This document shows positions 1-7,743 of a stretch of 64,000 bases of DNA, piece by piece. Positions within the stretch are counted from its first letter, which is position 1; each line of letters starts with the position of its first letter. A program made the translations under genes and the position numbers. The DNA comes from an uncultured Acidobacteriota bacterium (GTDB lineage Bacteria; Acidobacteriota; Terriglobia; Terriglobales; Acidobacteriaceae): assembly GCA_963788435.1 (NCBI GenBank), contig CAWBIG010000032.1, positions 1,864 to 65,863 of the forward strand, read 5' to 3'. Under the pieces are notes generated by a model, which saw nothing but the letters and a program-made list of their open reading frames with translations, was not told the origin of the DNA and ran no database searches.

Positions 1-570
1 CAGCGGAAGATCGGACTTCGTGGTCGCCAGATCGGCCGTGGCCTTGGCAACCAGGTTGGGATCGGAAGCAAACGTAATGTCGCTTGCAGCCTCTGAAGGC
101 GTGATCTCTTCTTTGGGCACAAAGCCGTTGCCCTGCTTCAGCGCCTCCATTTCCAGCGCGTTCACCTGGTCCACGATCTTGTCGAACTCGTCTTGTAACT
201 GTGGCGTGTTCCTGATGTCGATTCCGCTCGCCAGCATCAGATCTACGGCGCGATCGAATTCGACCTTGGCTTCGGCCAGCATACCCTTCTGGTAGTCCGC
301 GGTGCCGCGGGCATAGGCCGCCTCAACCTGGGCGATGATCACCCGAACTCGCTGCTCTTCGACTGTCGGCGGGGGCGGCGCTGGGGCAGCAGTCTGCACC
401 GGAGCAGCCGGCAGTGCCGGCGCGGTGGCCTGTTTCACCTGCGCCGCAGGGTCTCCGGTGGTTCCTGTGGGCGTGCATCCGGCCAGCAGCAGGGCCAGTC
501 CCGCAACTCCCACCATCAGCCGCAACGCCGGCAATCGACTCCAATCCCTCTCGGCAAAACGACGCGACAT
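1..570 (-). CDS. Lipoprotein, N-terminal 190 codons; the gene continues beyond the window start. Possibly the N-terminus of an MltD-like lytic transglycosylase
   Basis: Hand translation of the reverse strand from ATG (568-570) gives MSRRFAERDWSRLPALRLMVGVAGLALLLAGCTPTG..., a signal peptide with an LAGC lipobox. A Pro/Ala linker and a helical region follow, open to position 1 with no stop. It is absent from the ORF track because the window edge truncates it. Confidence 0.6.
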   Translation of the reverse strand, partial: MSRRFAERDWSRLPALRLMVGVAGLALLLAGCTPTGTTGDPAAQVKQATAPALPAAPVQTAAPAPPPPTVEEQRVRVIIAQVEAAYARGTADYQKGMLAEAKVEFDRAVDLMLASGIDIRNTPQLQDEFDKIVDQVNALEMEALKQGNGFVPKEEITPSEAASDITFASDPNLVAKATADLATTKSDLPL

Positions 571-698
571 GCCGCGCAACGCTCTGGGCGCAATCAACAC
601 TATGCCGATGATAAGCTATGCCATGGAGGGCCAAACGCTTCGCGCGCATCGCAATTTGCGCATCGTATTCCTAAAGCCAACCCTCCGAAAGCCCTCCC

Positions 699-2510
699 AT
701 GGACGCCCGTTTCCTTCGTAATTTCGCCATCATCGCGCACATCGACCACGGCAAGTCGACCCTCAGCGACCGGCTGCTGGAGCTCACCGGCTCAGTGACC
801 GCGCGCGAGATGCAAGCCCAGATCCTCGACGATATGGACCTCGAGCGGGAACGCGGCATCACCATCAAAGCTCACGCTGTGCGCATGATGTACAAGGCGC
901 GCGACGGCCAAACCTACCAGCTCAACCTCATCGACACGCCCGGCCACGTCGACTTCAGCTACGAGGTCTCGCGGTCGCTGGCCTCATGCGAAGGCGCGCT
1001 GCTGGTCGTGGACGCGAGCCAGGGCGTCGAAGCTCAAACCCTCGCCAACGCCTATCTTGCCATCCATCATGGCCTCGACATCATTCCCGTCATCAACAAG
1101 ATCGATTTGCCCTCGGCCGACGTTCTGGCCACGCAGGAGGCCATCGAGAAGGCGGTCGGTCTGGATGCGACCGATGCCATCCCCGTAAGCGCCAAGACCG
1201 GTCAGGGCGTCGACGAAGTTCTTGAAGCCATCGTGCACCGGCTTCCGCCTCCAACCGGCGATCCCGATGCGCCGCTGCAGGCCCTCATCTTCGACTCATG
1301 GTTCGATTCCTACCGCGGCGTCATCGTGCTGGTCCGCGTGATGCAGGGGACCCTGCGCAAAGGCCAGCGCATCCGCATGATGTATAACGCGAAGGCGTTC
1401 GAGATCGAATCCATGGGCGTGCTTTGCCCCAAGCCCGTTGAAATCGCCGAGCTGATTGCCGGCGAAGTCGGATTCTTCGCGGCCACCATCAAGAATGTCG
1501 GCGACACCAGGATCGGCGACACCGTCACCGACGACGCTCATCCGGCCGCGCACGCGCTGCCCGGCTTTGAAGACATCAAGCCCATGGTCTTCTCCGGCCT
1601 TTACACGGTTGATTCGCACGAGCACACGCTGCTGCGCGACGCTCTGGAGAAGCTGCGCCTCAACGATTCGTCCTTCTTCTTCGAGCCGGAAAGCTCCGTC
1701 GCCCTCGGCTTCGGCTTTCGTTGCGGCTTCCTCGGCCTGCTCCACATGGAAATCATCCAGGAGCGCCTCGAGCGTGAGTACGAACTCGACCTGATCACCA
1801 CCGCGCCGGGCGTTCGCTACCACATCACCCTCACCGACGGAAAAGAGATCGAGGTCGACAACCCCTCCCGCTGGCCCGAGCCGCAATCGATCTCGAGCAT
1901 CCGCGAGCCGGTCATCACCGCCAAGATCCTCACCAACGAAGAGTACGTCGGCGGAATCTTCAAGCTCGTTGAGGAAAAGCGCGGCAAGCAACTCAACTTT
2001 GAGTACGTCACGCCCACGCGCGTGATGCTCACTTACGAACTTCCCCTGAACGAAATCGTCCTCGATTTTTATGACCGCCTCAAGTCCATCTCGCGCGGGT
2101 ACGCCTCGCTCGACTACCAGCTCGCCGGCGAGTGGGAGTCGCCCATGGTCAAGCTCGACATCCTCATCGCTGGTGAGCCGGTCGATGCGCTCTCCATCAT
2201 CGTCCATCGCGACCACGCGTACGAGCGCGGTCGGGCCTTGGTCTCCAAGATGCGGGAGCTGATCCCCCGCCAGCAATTCGAAGTGGCAATTCAGGCGGCG
2301 ATTGGAGCCAAAGTCATCTCCCGCGAGACCGTCAGCCCTCTGCGCAAGAACGTCATCGCCAAGTGCTACGGCGGCGACATCACCCGCAAGCGCAAGCTCC
2401 TCGAGAAGCAAAAAGAGGGCAAGAAGCGTATGAAGCGGATCGGCAAGGTAGACATTCCGCAGGAGGCTTTCCTGGCCGTCTTACGCGTCGGCGAAGAGCA
2501 GCAAAAATGA
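699..2510 (+). CDS. lepA: Elongation factor 4 (LepA) translational GTPase
   Basis: 603-aa ORF with GTPase motifs [17 protein letters not shown] and NKID, and a LepA-type C-terminal domain ending in a Lys/Arg-rich tail. Confidence 0.97.
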   Translation: MDARFLRNFAIIAHIDHGKSTLSDRLLELTGSVTAREMQAQILDDMDLERERGITIKAHAVRMMYKARDGQTYQLNLIDTPGHVDFSYEVSRSLASCEGALLVVDASQGVEAQTLANAYLAIHHGLDIIPVINKIDLPSADVLATQEAIEKAVGLDATDAIPVSAKTGQGVDEVLEAIVHRLPPPTGDPDAPLQALIFDSWFDSYRGVIVLVRVMQGTLRKGQRIRMMYNAKAFEIESMGVLCPKPVEIAELIAGEVGFFAATIKNVGDTRIGDTVTDDAHPAAHALPGFEDIKPMVFSGLYTVDSHEHTLLRDALEKLRLNDSSFFFEPESSVALGFGFRCGFLGLLHMEIIQERLEREYELDLITTAPGVRYHITLTDGKEIEVDNPSRWPEPQSISSIREPVITAKILTNEEYVGGIFKLVEEKRGKQLNFEYVTPTRVMLTYELPLNEIVLDFYDRLKSISRGYASLDYQLAGEWESPMVKLDILIAGEPVDALSIIVHRDHAYERGRALVSKMRELIPRQQFEVAIQAAIGAKVISRETVSPLRKNVIAKCYGGDITRKRKLLEKQKEGKKRMKRIGKVDIPQEAFLAVLRVGEEQQK

Positions 2511-2770
2511 TGCCAAACTCATGCCCATCATTGATTTTTGTCACCGGAAATTTATCACCAACTGTGGAAACCGGAGAAAGCCGCTCAACGGCCGGAGTTT
2601 ACGGCGGTTAACTGCGCCCGGCAAAGCATTCCAGCAAACTCCCGTTCAAAAGCAAAGGGTTAGAACTACTATCAGATTCCGATTCCAGCTGACAAGAGGA
2701 TAAATCAGCCCTTTTTCTGGGTCTTTCCGGGAGATATCCACAAAATTTTCCACAGGCCAGTCCTTTCCGG

Positions 2771-2801
2771 CAAAAGCAAAGGCCCCGATCAACGGGGCCT
2801 T
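2771..2801 (-). terminator. Rho-independent terminator downstream of Skp paralog 1
   Basis: On the minus strand, GGCCCCG-TTGAT-CGGGGCC is followed by TTTGCTTTTG, about 25 nt after the stop at 2825. Confidence 0.6.
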
Positions 2802-2824
2802 CGATTCCAGTGAAAAGCCGCTCC

Positions 2825-3502
2825 TCAATGTGTGGATGGCGCTGACGTCGGAGCGTGCGATGGCGGCGTCACCCCTCTTGGCTTCGGCGCCGGGGGTGCA
2901 GCAGCTGCGGGCTGCGCCGGCGGAGCCGGTACGCCCGATTTCAAGTTGTATCCGTCAATCACCTGCTGGGTGATGTTGGTGGCCGCGCTGGCGAACAGCA
3001 CGGGCGACTGCTGTTGCGAAATGTCCAGAACCAGCGTGAACCCCTGTTGCTCGACATAGGTCTGCATCACGTCGTAAACCTTCGCCTGAAGGCCGCTGAA
3101 CAGATCCTGCATATCCTGTTGGCCGTCGTTACGCAAATCCTCTGTCTCGCGGTCCAGCTGCTTTTTCTTGTCGTCGATGGCCTTGCCGCGGTTGGCGCGC
3201 TCCACTTCGCTGAGCGTTGCCCCCTGTTCCTGCAACTGCTTGGTCAGGGTTTCGATCTCGTCGTTGAGCGTCTTGAGGGTAGCCTCTTTGGGCGCGTACT
3301 TCTTCTGCAAATCGGCAAAGTCGCGTTTCCCCTCGTTGGTTTGTGCCACGGCATACTCCCAGGCGATCACCGCAATCTTGGCGGGGCCAGCGGGAGCTGC
3401 GGCCGGCGCGGCCGTTGCGGCCGGCGCAGGCGGCGTTTGTGCAGCGGCGCTCAGAACCATGCCTGAGGCCATCAGAAGAATAAGTGTTAGCGAACGTTTC
3501 AT
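2825..3502 (-). CDS. OmpH/Skp-family periplasmic chaperone, paralog 1
   Basis: Signal peptide MKRSLTLILLMASGMVLSAAAQ, then a coiled-coil OmpH core (FADLQKKYAPKEATLKTLNDEIETLTKQLQ...DDKKKQLDRETEDL). The ATG at 3500-3502 is preceded by GGAG. The longer track ORF (to 3556) starts upstream of the RBS. Confidence 0.85.
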   Translation of the reverse strand: MKRSLTLILLMASGMVLSAAAQTPPAPAATAAPAAAPAGPAKIAVIAWEYAVAQTNEGKRDFADLQKKYAPKEATLKTLNDEIETLTKQLQEQGATLSEVERANRGKAIDDKKKQLDRETEDLRNDGQQDMQDLFSGLQAKVYDVMQTYVEQQGFTLVLDISQQQSPVLFASAATNITQQVIDGYNLKSGVPAPPAQPAAAAPPAPKPRGVTPPSHAPTSAPSTH

Positions 3503-3680
3503 CTCGGTTGAATACTCCTTCGGAATTCCTGGGGCCGGCACTTCACTTTGACGCAAAACCGTGCCTGACTCTTCTGACTAACCTCACGGCTTTTCCACGG
3601 GAACTCCGCGCCGGTCGGCGCAAGAGTTGAAAAAAACGCGGACGGAGACGTCAGCAGGAACTACATTGATTATACAGTGG
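3503..3680 (-). promoter_or_regulatory. Long conserved 5' leader of Skp paralog 1 with a candidate -10 box TATAAT (3669-3674, minus strand)
   Basis: The reverse strand reads CTGTATAATC about 165 nt upstream of the ATG. The leader is clearly paralogous to 5122-5300 (shared GCGCCGRYCGGCGC hairpin, CGTCAGCAG, CTCTTCTGA blocks). The -35 is poor. Confidence 0.35.
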
Positions 3681-3781
3681 CCGGTCGACATCCAACACCC
3701 AACCGTGGGGCTAGCCGAACCGGGTCCAAATGTCCCCTTCCCGTCGGATCGACGCCTCAAGTACCTATAATTGCATGGGCG

Positions 3782-4090
3782 CTAGAGAGGCCGGTATCCT
3801 GGACTAGCCGTTTCGGGCGCGGGGTCCATTGTCGCGATCTTCCAGATCCCGTTTTCCAGCACCAGGTGAAACGTCTCTGTCTTGCGCATGAATGTCGGAG
3901 GGTCCCCGCCCTTGTACACGATGCCAGCCGAAACAGTGGCTTTGCCTGCCCGCGCGTCGTCTTTCTGCTTAATACTGAGGAGTCGGAAAGCGGAGTACTT
4001 CCAGCCCGAGCCGTCGAATGCCTTGAATTCGGTGAACATGTCCATGTGGAAATCTGTCGACAAGAATGGCCTCGTCGCCGAAGGGTTCAA
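3782..4090 (-). other. NTF2/SnoaL-like (DUF4440-like) domain ORF. Either a separate small gene or the displaced C-terminal tail of the degraded Skp paralog 2
   Basis: The 102-aa ORF ...STDFHMDMFTEFKAFDGSGWKYSAFRLLSIKQKDDARAGKATVSAGIVYKGGDPPTFMRKTETFHLVLENGIWKI has an alpha+beta cone-like pattern. The sequence just upstream continues in another frame (SYLAAAAHIEPFGDEAIL), suggesting a frameshift near 4075. Confidence 0.35.
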
Positions 4091-4168
4091 TGTGGGCTGC
4101 GGCAGCCAGGTAGCTCGTCACCAAGGACGATGGCGTCGTTGAGGCATCGGGACCGGGAGGCGCCGGAC

Positions 4169-5121
4169 TAGCCGCTGTCTGCGGAGCGGATGTACCGCTC
4201 GAATCTCCCGAGATTGAAGCTCGCGACAACAGTTTTGGTGATGTCGGTCACCGATGTCGAATCGGCCTTGTAGATCACAGCCAATTTGTTCTGTTCGGGC
4301 ATCGCAGACAAGCGGTAATCCTTGCTGCTTCGCATAGGAAACCACGAATTGGTAGAACCTGGATGCTAGGGGCTCATAAGTGCCTCCATTCTCCTTTTGG
4401 AATTCGTCCTGGGCTTCGGCGCGTTCGCTATCCAGTATCTTCTTTTTCTCGTCGATCGACCCGGCACGTGCGGAGCGTTCGGTGTCGCTCAACTTGGCGC
4501 TATCGGCCTGCAACTGCTTGGTCATGGCCTGGACTTCATCGTTTAGGGCTTTTAGTTGCGCCCGCTTGGGTTCGTACTTCTTTTGCAAATCAGAAAAAAG
4601 TCGTTTGCCCTCATCAGTCTGTAGGACAGCCACCTGGAACGAGATGGCCGGAACCGTCTCGGAATTTGCGGGCGCGCTTCCCTGGACGGGAGCTGAGGCT
4701 GGGGCTGGGGACGGTGCACCTCCGGAATCCTGCGTCGTAATTGCCTCCATCTGTGCATGGGGGTTTCCGGAGCGGTCAAAGTCCAGTTGCAGATCTTTGC
4801 CAGGAAGAATGTCCACACTCGTATTGAGCTTGGTGAGTTGCGGGTACCCTGCCGACCGATCTAACTCCTGAACTACGAGCGAGTAGCTGCCCGGGCGGCC
4901 TCCCCCGAATAGTCGCCTGACGCGGAAATCGGGAAGGAGTGTTCCTCGGGGCCGGACAGAAAGACCGTTCCAGTCACTCCGGCTGGACCGTCGACATGTC
5001 CGTGAATTCTTCCGGACTGCCCAGTTGCCGGCTGCGAAGCCGGTGCTGTCGGCGATTGGGCCACGGCGCTTAGGGCCAAGCCTGAGGCCAGCAGGAGAAG
5101 AACTGCTAGAGAACGTTTCAT
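4169..5121 (-). pseudogene. OmpH/Skp paralog 2 with an N-terminal CarboxypepD_reg-like domain, disrupted by frameshifts
   Basis: The signal peptide and start of a carboxypeptidase-regulatory-like fold (MKRSLAVLLLLASGLALSAVAQ...GRIHGHVDGPAGVTGTVFL...GDYS) are in frame 0 (4873-5121). The fold continues in frame 1 (GGGRPGSYSLVVQELDRSAGY...LDFDRS), followed by the OmpH core (FSDLQKKYEPKRAQLKALNDEVQAMTKQLQ). The OmpH C-terminus (PEQNKLAVIYKADSTSVTDITKTVVASFNLG) is back in frame 0. Confidence 0.6.
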
Positions 5122-5300
5122 TTAATTCAAAATCTCCCTCGGATCTCCCGGCCGGCCCCTTAGCGGAACGGAAAGAAAACGACACTCTCTTCTGAACAAC
5201 CTCTCGGTCTCTTCACCCTCGCTTTGCGCCAGTCGGCGCACGGGCTGAAAAGGACGCGAACAGAGCCGTCAGCAGAAACTAAGGGGATTGTACATACAGA
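5122..5300 (-). promoter_or_regulatory. 5' leader of Skp paralog 2 with a candidate -10 box TACAAT (5287-5292, minus strand)
   Basis: Paralogous to the leader of paralog 1. The reverse strand reads CTGTATGTACAATC. Confidence 0.3.
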
Positions 5301-5366
5301 GGCAGACGGAAACTGAATAGCGGGCCGAGGGCAGCAGAACGCCGCCTCCTCGAATCCAACTCCGTA

Positions 5367-6035
5367 TCAGTGCGTAGCCGCTGGCTGTGGCTGAGGCGCA
5401 TCCACTCCAGGCTGGCCCCCTGCGTCTCCCTGCGCCGGAGGCGCCGGTATGCCCGACTTCTCGTTGTAGGCGTCGATGATCACCTGGGTGATGTCAGTCT
5501 GTGGCACTGCATACAGCACCGTCGCGCTCTGCTGGTCGCCCGCGTCCAGCACCAGCGTGTAGCCGTGCTTCTCCGCGTAGTCCGTCATCAACGCGCCCAC
5601 CTTCTGGGCCACCGCACTCATCACCTGCTGCATTTCACCCTGAAAGTCGGTCTGCGCATCCTGGCTATCGCGGTCCAATTGTTTCTTCTTGTCGTCGATG
5701 GTGCGGGTGCGGCTGATGCGCTCCTCTTCACCTATTTGCGGGCCCTGATCGTCCAACTGCTTCGTCAGGGTGTCGATTTGGTTGGCGAGCGCCTTCAAAT
5801 CCTGGCGCTTCGGGTCGTACTTCTTCTGCAGATCGGCAAAGTTCCGCTGGAACTCGTTGGTCTTCATCACCGCTGCCTGAAAGGCGATCACCGCCACCTT
5901 GGCTGGGCCTGCGGCAACTGGGCCCGCGGCTGGGGCCGTACTGGGCTTTTGCGCCGGTGCGGCGGGCGCTTGGCTGGCGGCGGGTATGACAGACGCCAGG
6001 GAGAACATAAGAACGGAAATGGGCAGACGCTTCAT
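5367..6035 (-). CDS. OmpH/Skp-family periplasmic chaperone, paralog 3
   Basis: MKRLPISVLMFSLASVIPAASQ signal peptide and an OmpH core (FADLQKKYDPKRQDLKALANQIDTLTKQLDD...DDKKKQLDRDSQD). ATG at 6033-6035 with GGAG about 10 nt upstream. The track start at 6044 is a TTG too close to the RBS. Confidence 0.85.
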   Translation of the reverse strand: MKRLPISVLMFSLASVIPAASQAPAAPAQKPSTAPAAGPVAAGPAKVAVIAFQAAVMKTNEFQRNFADLQKKYDPKRQDLKALANQIDTLTKQLDDQGPQIGEEERISRTRTIDDKKKQLDRDSQDAQTDFQGEMQQVMSAVAQKVGALMTDYAEKHGYTLVLDAGDQQSATVLYAVPQTDITQVIIDAYNEKSGIPAPPAQGDAGGQPGVDAPQPQPAATH

Positions 6036-6219
6036 GCGATTCAATAACTCCTTCGGAGTTCCCGCGTGCCGGTCCCTTCGGCGCGGCGGTTTCGGGCCAG
6101 AGTATTTCGTGCCGTGCTATCCAGGCCCGTTCGGCATAAATCCTGCTCACAACAAGTGCGCATGGGATCATCGCCGGGAACTAGAGGCGATTATAGGTGC
6201 CCTCAATTCGGAGCGTCAA
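6036..6219 (-). promoter_or_regulatory. Leader and candidate sigma-70 promoter of Skp paralog 3 (TTGACG-N18-TATAAT)
   Basis: On the reverse strand, TATAAT lies at 6190-6195 and TTGACG at 6214-6219. Confidence 0.45.
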
Positions 6220-6383
6220 ACTACAGAACCTGAATTGCCCGCATGGCGCTACGTGAGGAGCAGGGACCAAGGGAACGAGGGACCACCGGACCCAACAGCC
6301 GACCCACCACCGCGGTTACGGGTGCAACGGGCCGCTGAGCGCACTCAGGCGGTGCCAAAGCACGGTTCCCAGGCCCACCAGGC

Positions 6384-6974
6384 TCACAGCAGCATGAGCG
6401 CCGCCAGGGCGAAGAAGGGCGCCTGCAGAACCGGCCAGGCCTTCCCCGGCCACTGATCGACGAATTTGTCCCGGAAGGTCTCGTTGAAGCGCGTGGGCCG
6501 GTCCTCATCTTCCCGGGCGGGTCTCCACTCCGAGGCCAGGAAGGCCGCGCGTATGTTCGACAGCAACAATCCGACGGTCACGATCGCCAGGATCCCAGGG
6601 AACTGTCCCGATGTCATCGTGTCGAGCAAGCCAACGAAAAACAAACCGAAGACCATGGCCGCAGCCGGCCAGCTTGCCTCGCGAACGCCCATGCCGCCCA
6701 CCAAGAAAACCAACGCGGTTACCAGGTAGAACGACCAGCATGACCGGATTGCCGGAAATGACTCCGGCACGCCAACTGAATGACGGCGACAACCAGGCAG
6801 ATCCAGAAGCCCTGATGGCCCAGATAGTCCACGTCCCAGGCGTTCTCGAAACCGTGGGCCAGAAGATGCTCTTGAGGCGGCCGTCGGAGCGGCGGGTCTC
6901 TCGCAGACAACCCAAGTGTTTGCATGCACGCCAGTTTGGCCCCGTGCCCGCATCGAGTCAAGGCCCCCCGCCAT
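6384..6974 (-). CDS. Hypothetical multi-pass membrane protein; N-terminal boundary uncertain
   Basis: The C-terminal about 130 aa have 3-4 hydrophobic helices (SFYLVTALVFLVGGMG, AAAMVFGLFFVGLL, FPGILAIVTVGLLL, PFFALAALMLL). The N-terminal 65 aa of the track ORF look non-protein-like. Alternatives are a GTG start at 6770 or a frameshift joining ORF 6719-6961 (..GFWICLVVAVIQLA). Confidence 0.45.
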   Translation of the reverse strand: MAGGLDSMRARGQTGVHANTWVVCERPAAPTAASRASSGPRFRERLGRGLSGPSGLLDLPGCRRHSVGVPESFPAIRSCWSFYLVTALVFLVGGMGVREASWPAAAMVFGLFFVGLLDTMTSGQFPGILAIVTVGLLLSNIRAAFLASEWRPAREDEDRPTRFNETFRDKFVDQWPGKAWPVLQAPFFALAALMLL

Positions 6975-7026
6975 GAATGTTTGAGAATAGGCCCGGTTGC
7001 CCCATCTTAGGTCTCATCATAAAAGT

Positions 7027-7076
7027 GGGTGCCCCATCCTTCGCTTTTTTTCTGGCGAAGGGCGGGATCGCACGAA
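7027..7076. repeat. REP-like hairpin element (GTGCCCCATCCTTCGC...GCGAAGGGCGGGAT)
   Basis: Imperfect inverted repeat CCATCCTTCGC / GCGAAGGGCGG around a T-rich loop. Confidence 0.5.
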
Positions 7077-7407
7077 CCTTACTCTCGCGCGAAATTCTGA
7101 TCAGCGGCCACTGATCACTGACCACTGTTTTCCGTCAACCCCTTACCGCCGCAGCCGCTTCGCAACCCGCTGAAAACACTCCGCAAAAACTTCCGCGAAG
7201 TTTGCCGATCAATTCACCTGTTTGGCGCACAATGGTCTCATGATCGAGGCACTGGTCCAGACTCGCTGCCAGCTACAGCCTACCGGCTGTCTACTGCTCC
7301 CTCGCTCCGTTGCCTACTCGGCCCGCTACCGGCTGCCTTTCCGGCACGAAGAGCTAGAAGCTAGGAGCTGGAAGCCGCTTTCAGACCCCACCCCCCCATG
7401 CCAGTGT

Positions 7408-7502
7408 GTGAAACTGTGAAACTGTGAAACTGTGGAGCCTTTAGAATGAATGCCTTAAGGCCACTAGTCACACAGTTTCACAGAAACTGTGAAACTGTGA
7501 AG
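7408..7502. repeat. GTGAAACT word repeat: three tandem copies plus an inverted copy that forms a perfect 13-bp hairpin
   Basis: GTGAAACT x3 at 7408-7431. CACAGTTTCACAG-AAA-CTGTGAAACTGTG at 7471-7499. The central arm can also pair with the upstream tandem copies. Confidence 0.9.
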
Positions 7503-7555
7503 TCACGCGAAAAACACCATAAAATGGCGTCTAAATAGCTCACAATAAAACGGAT

Positions 7556-7650
7556 AGCGGAAAATTGATCGCGAAAAACCGATCGCTGAAAATCGCTCGA
7601 AATCGCTCAAAAACAGCCGATTTCTGAAGACCGCTCAAAATCGCTCTTTT
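7556..7650. repeat. AAATCGCTC / GATCGC word repeats
   Basis: GAAAATCGCTC (7588-7598), GAAATCGCTC (7599-7608), CAAAATCGCTC (7636-7646), and GATCGC at 7567 and 7581. Confidence 0.8.
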
Positions 7651-7743
7651 TGTGCTGAAAGCTCAGGTCGGTCCGTTTGCTGAAGTTCGATTGCCGGCCG
7701 TCCCGCGTGTCACCAGCTACTGGCTATTGGCCACTGGCTACCG

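Noticed and set aside
1296-2411. 371-aa ORF antisense to lepA
   Set aside because: Typical high-GC shadow ORF. Its translation is Asp/Gly/Ala/Arg-rich with no motifs, whereas the plus-strand LepA homology is unambiguous along the whole interval.
3677-4171. 164-aa plus-strand ORF across the skp-1 leader and NTF2-like region
   Set aside because: It lies antisense to sequence with recognisable minus-strand domain homology. The translation is Arg/Pro-rich and motif-less.
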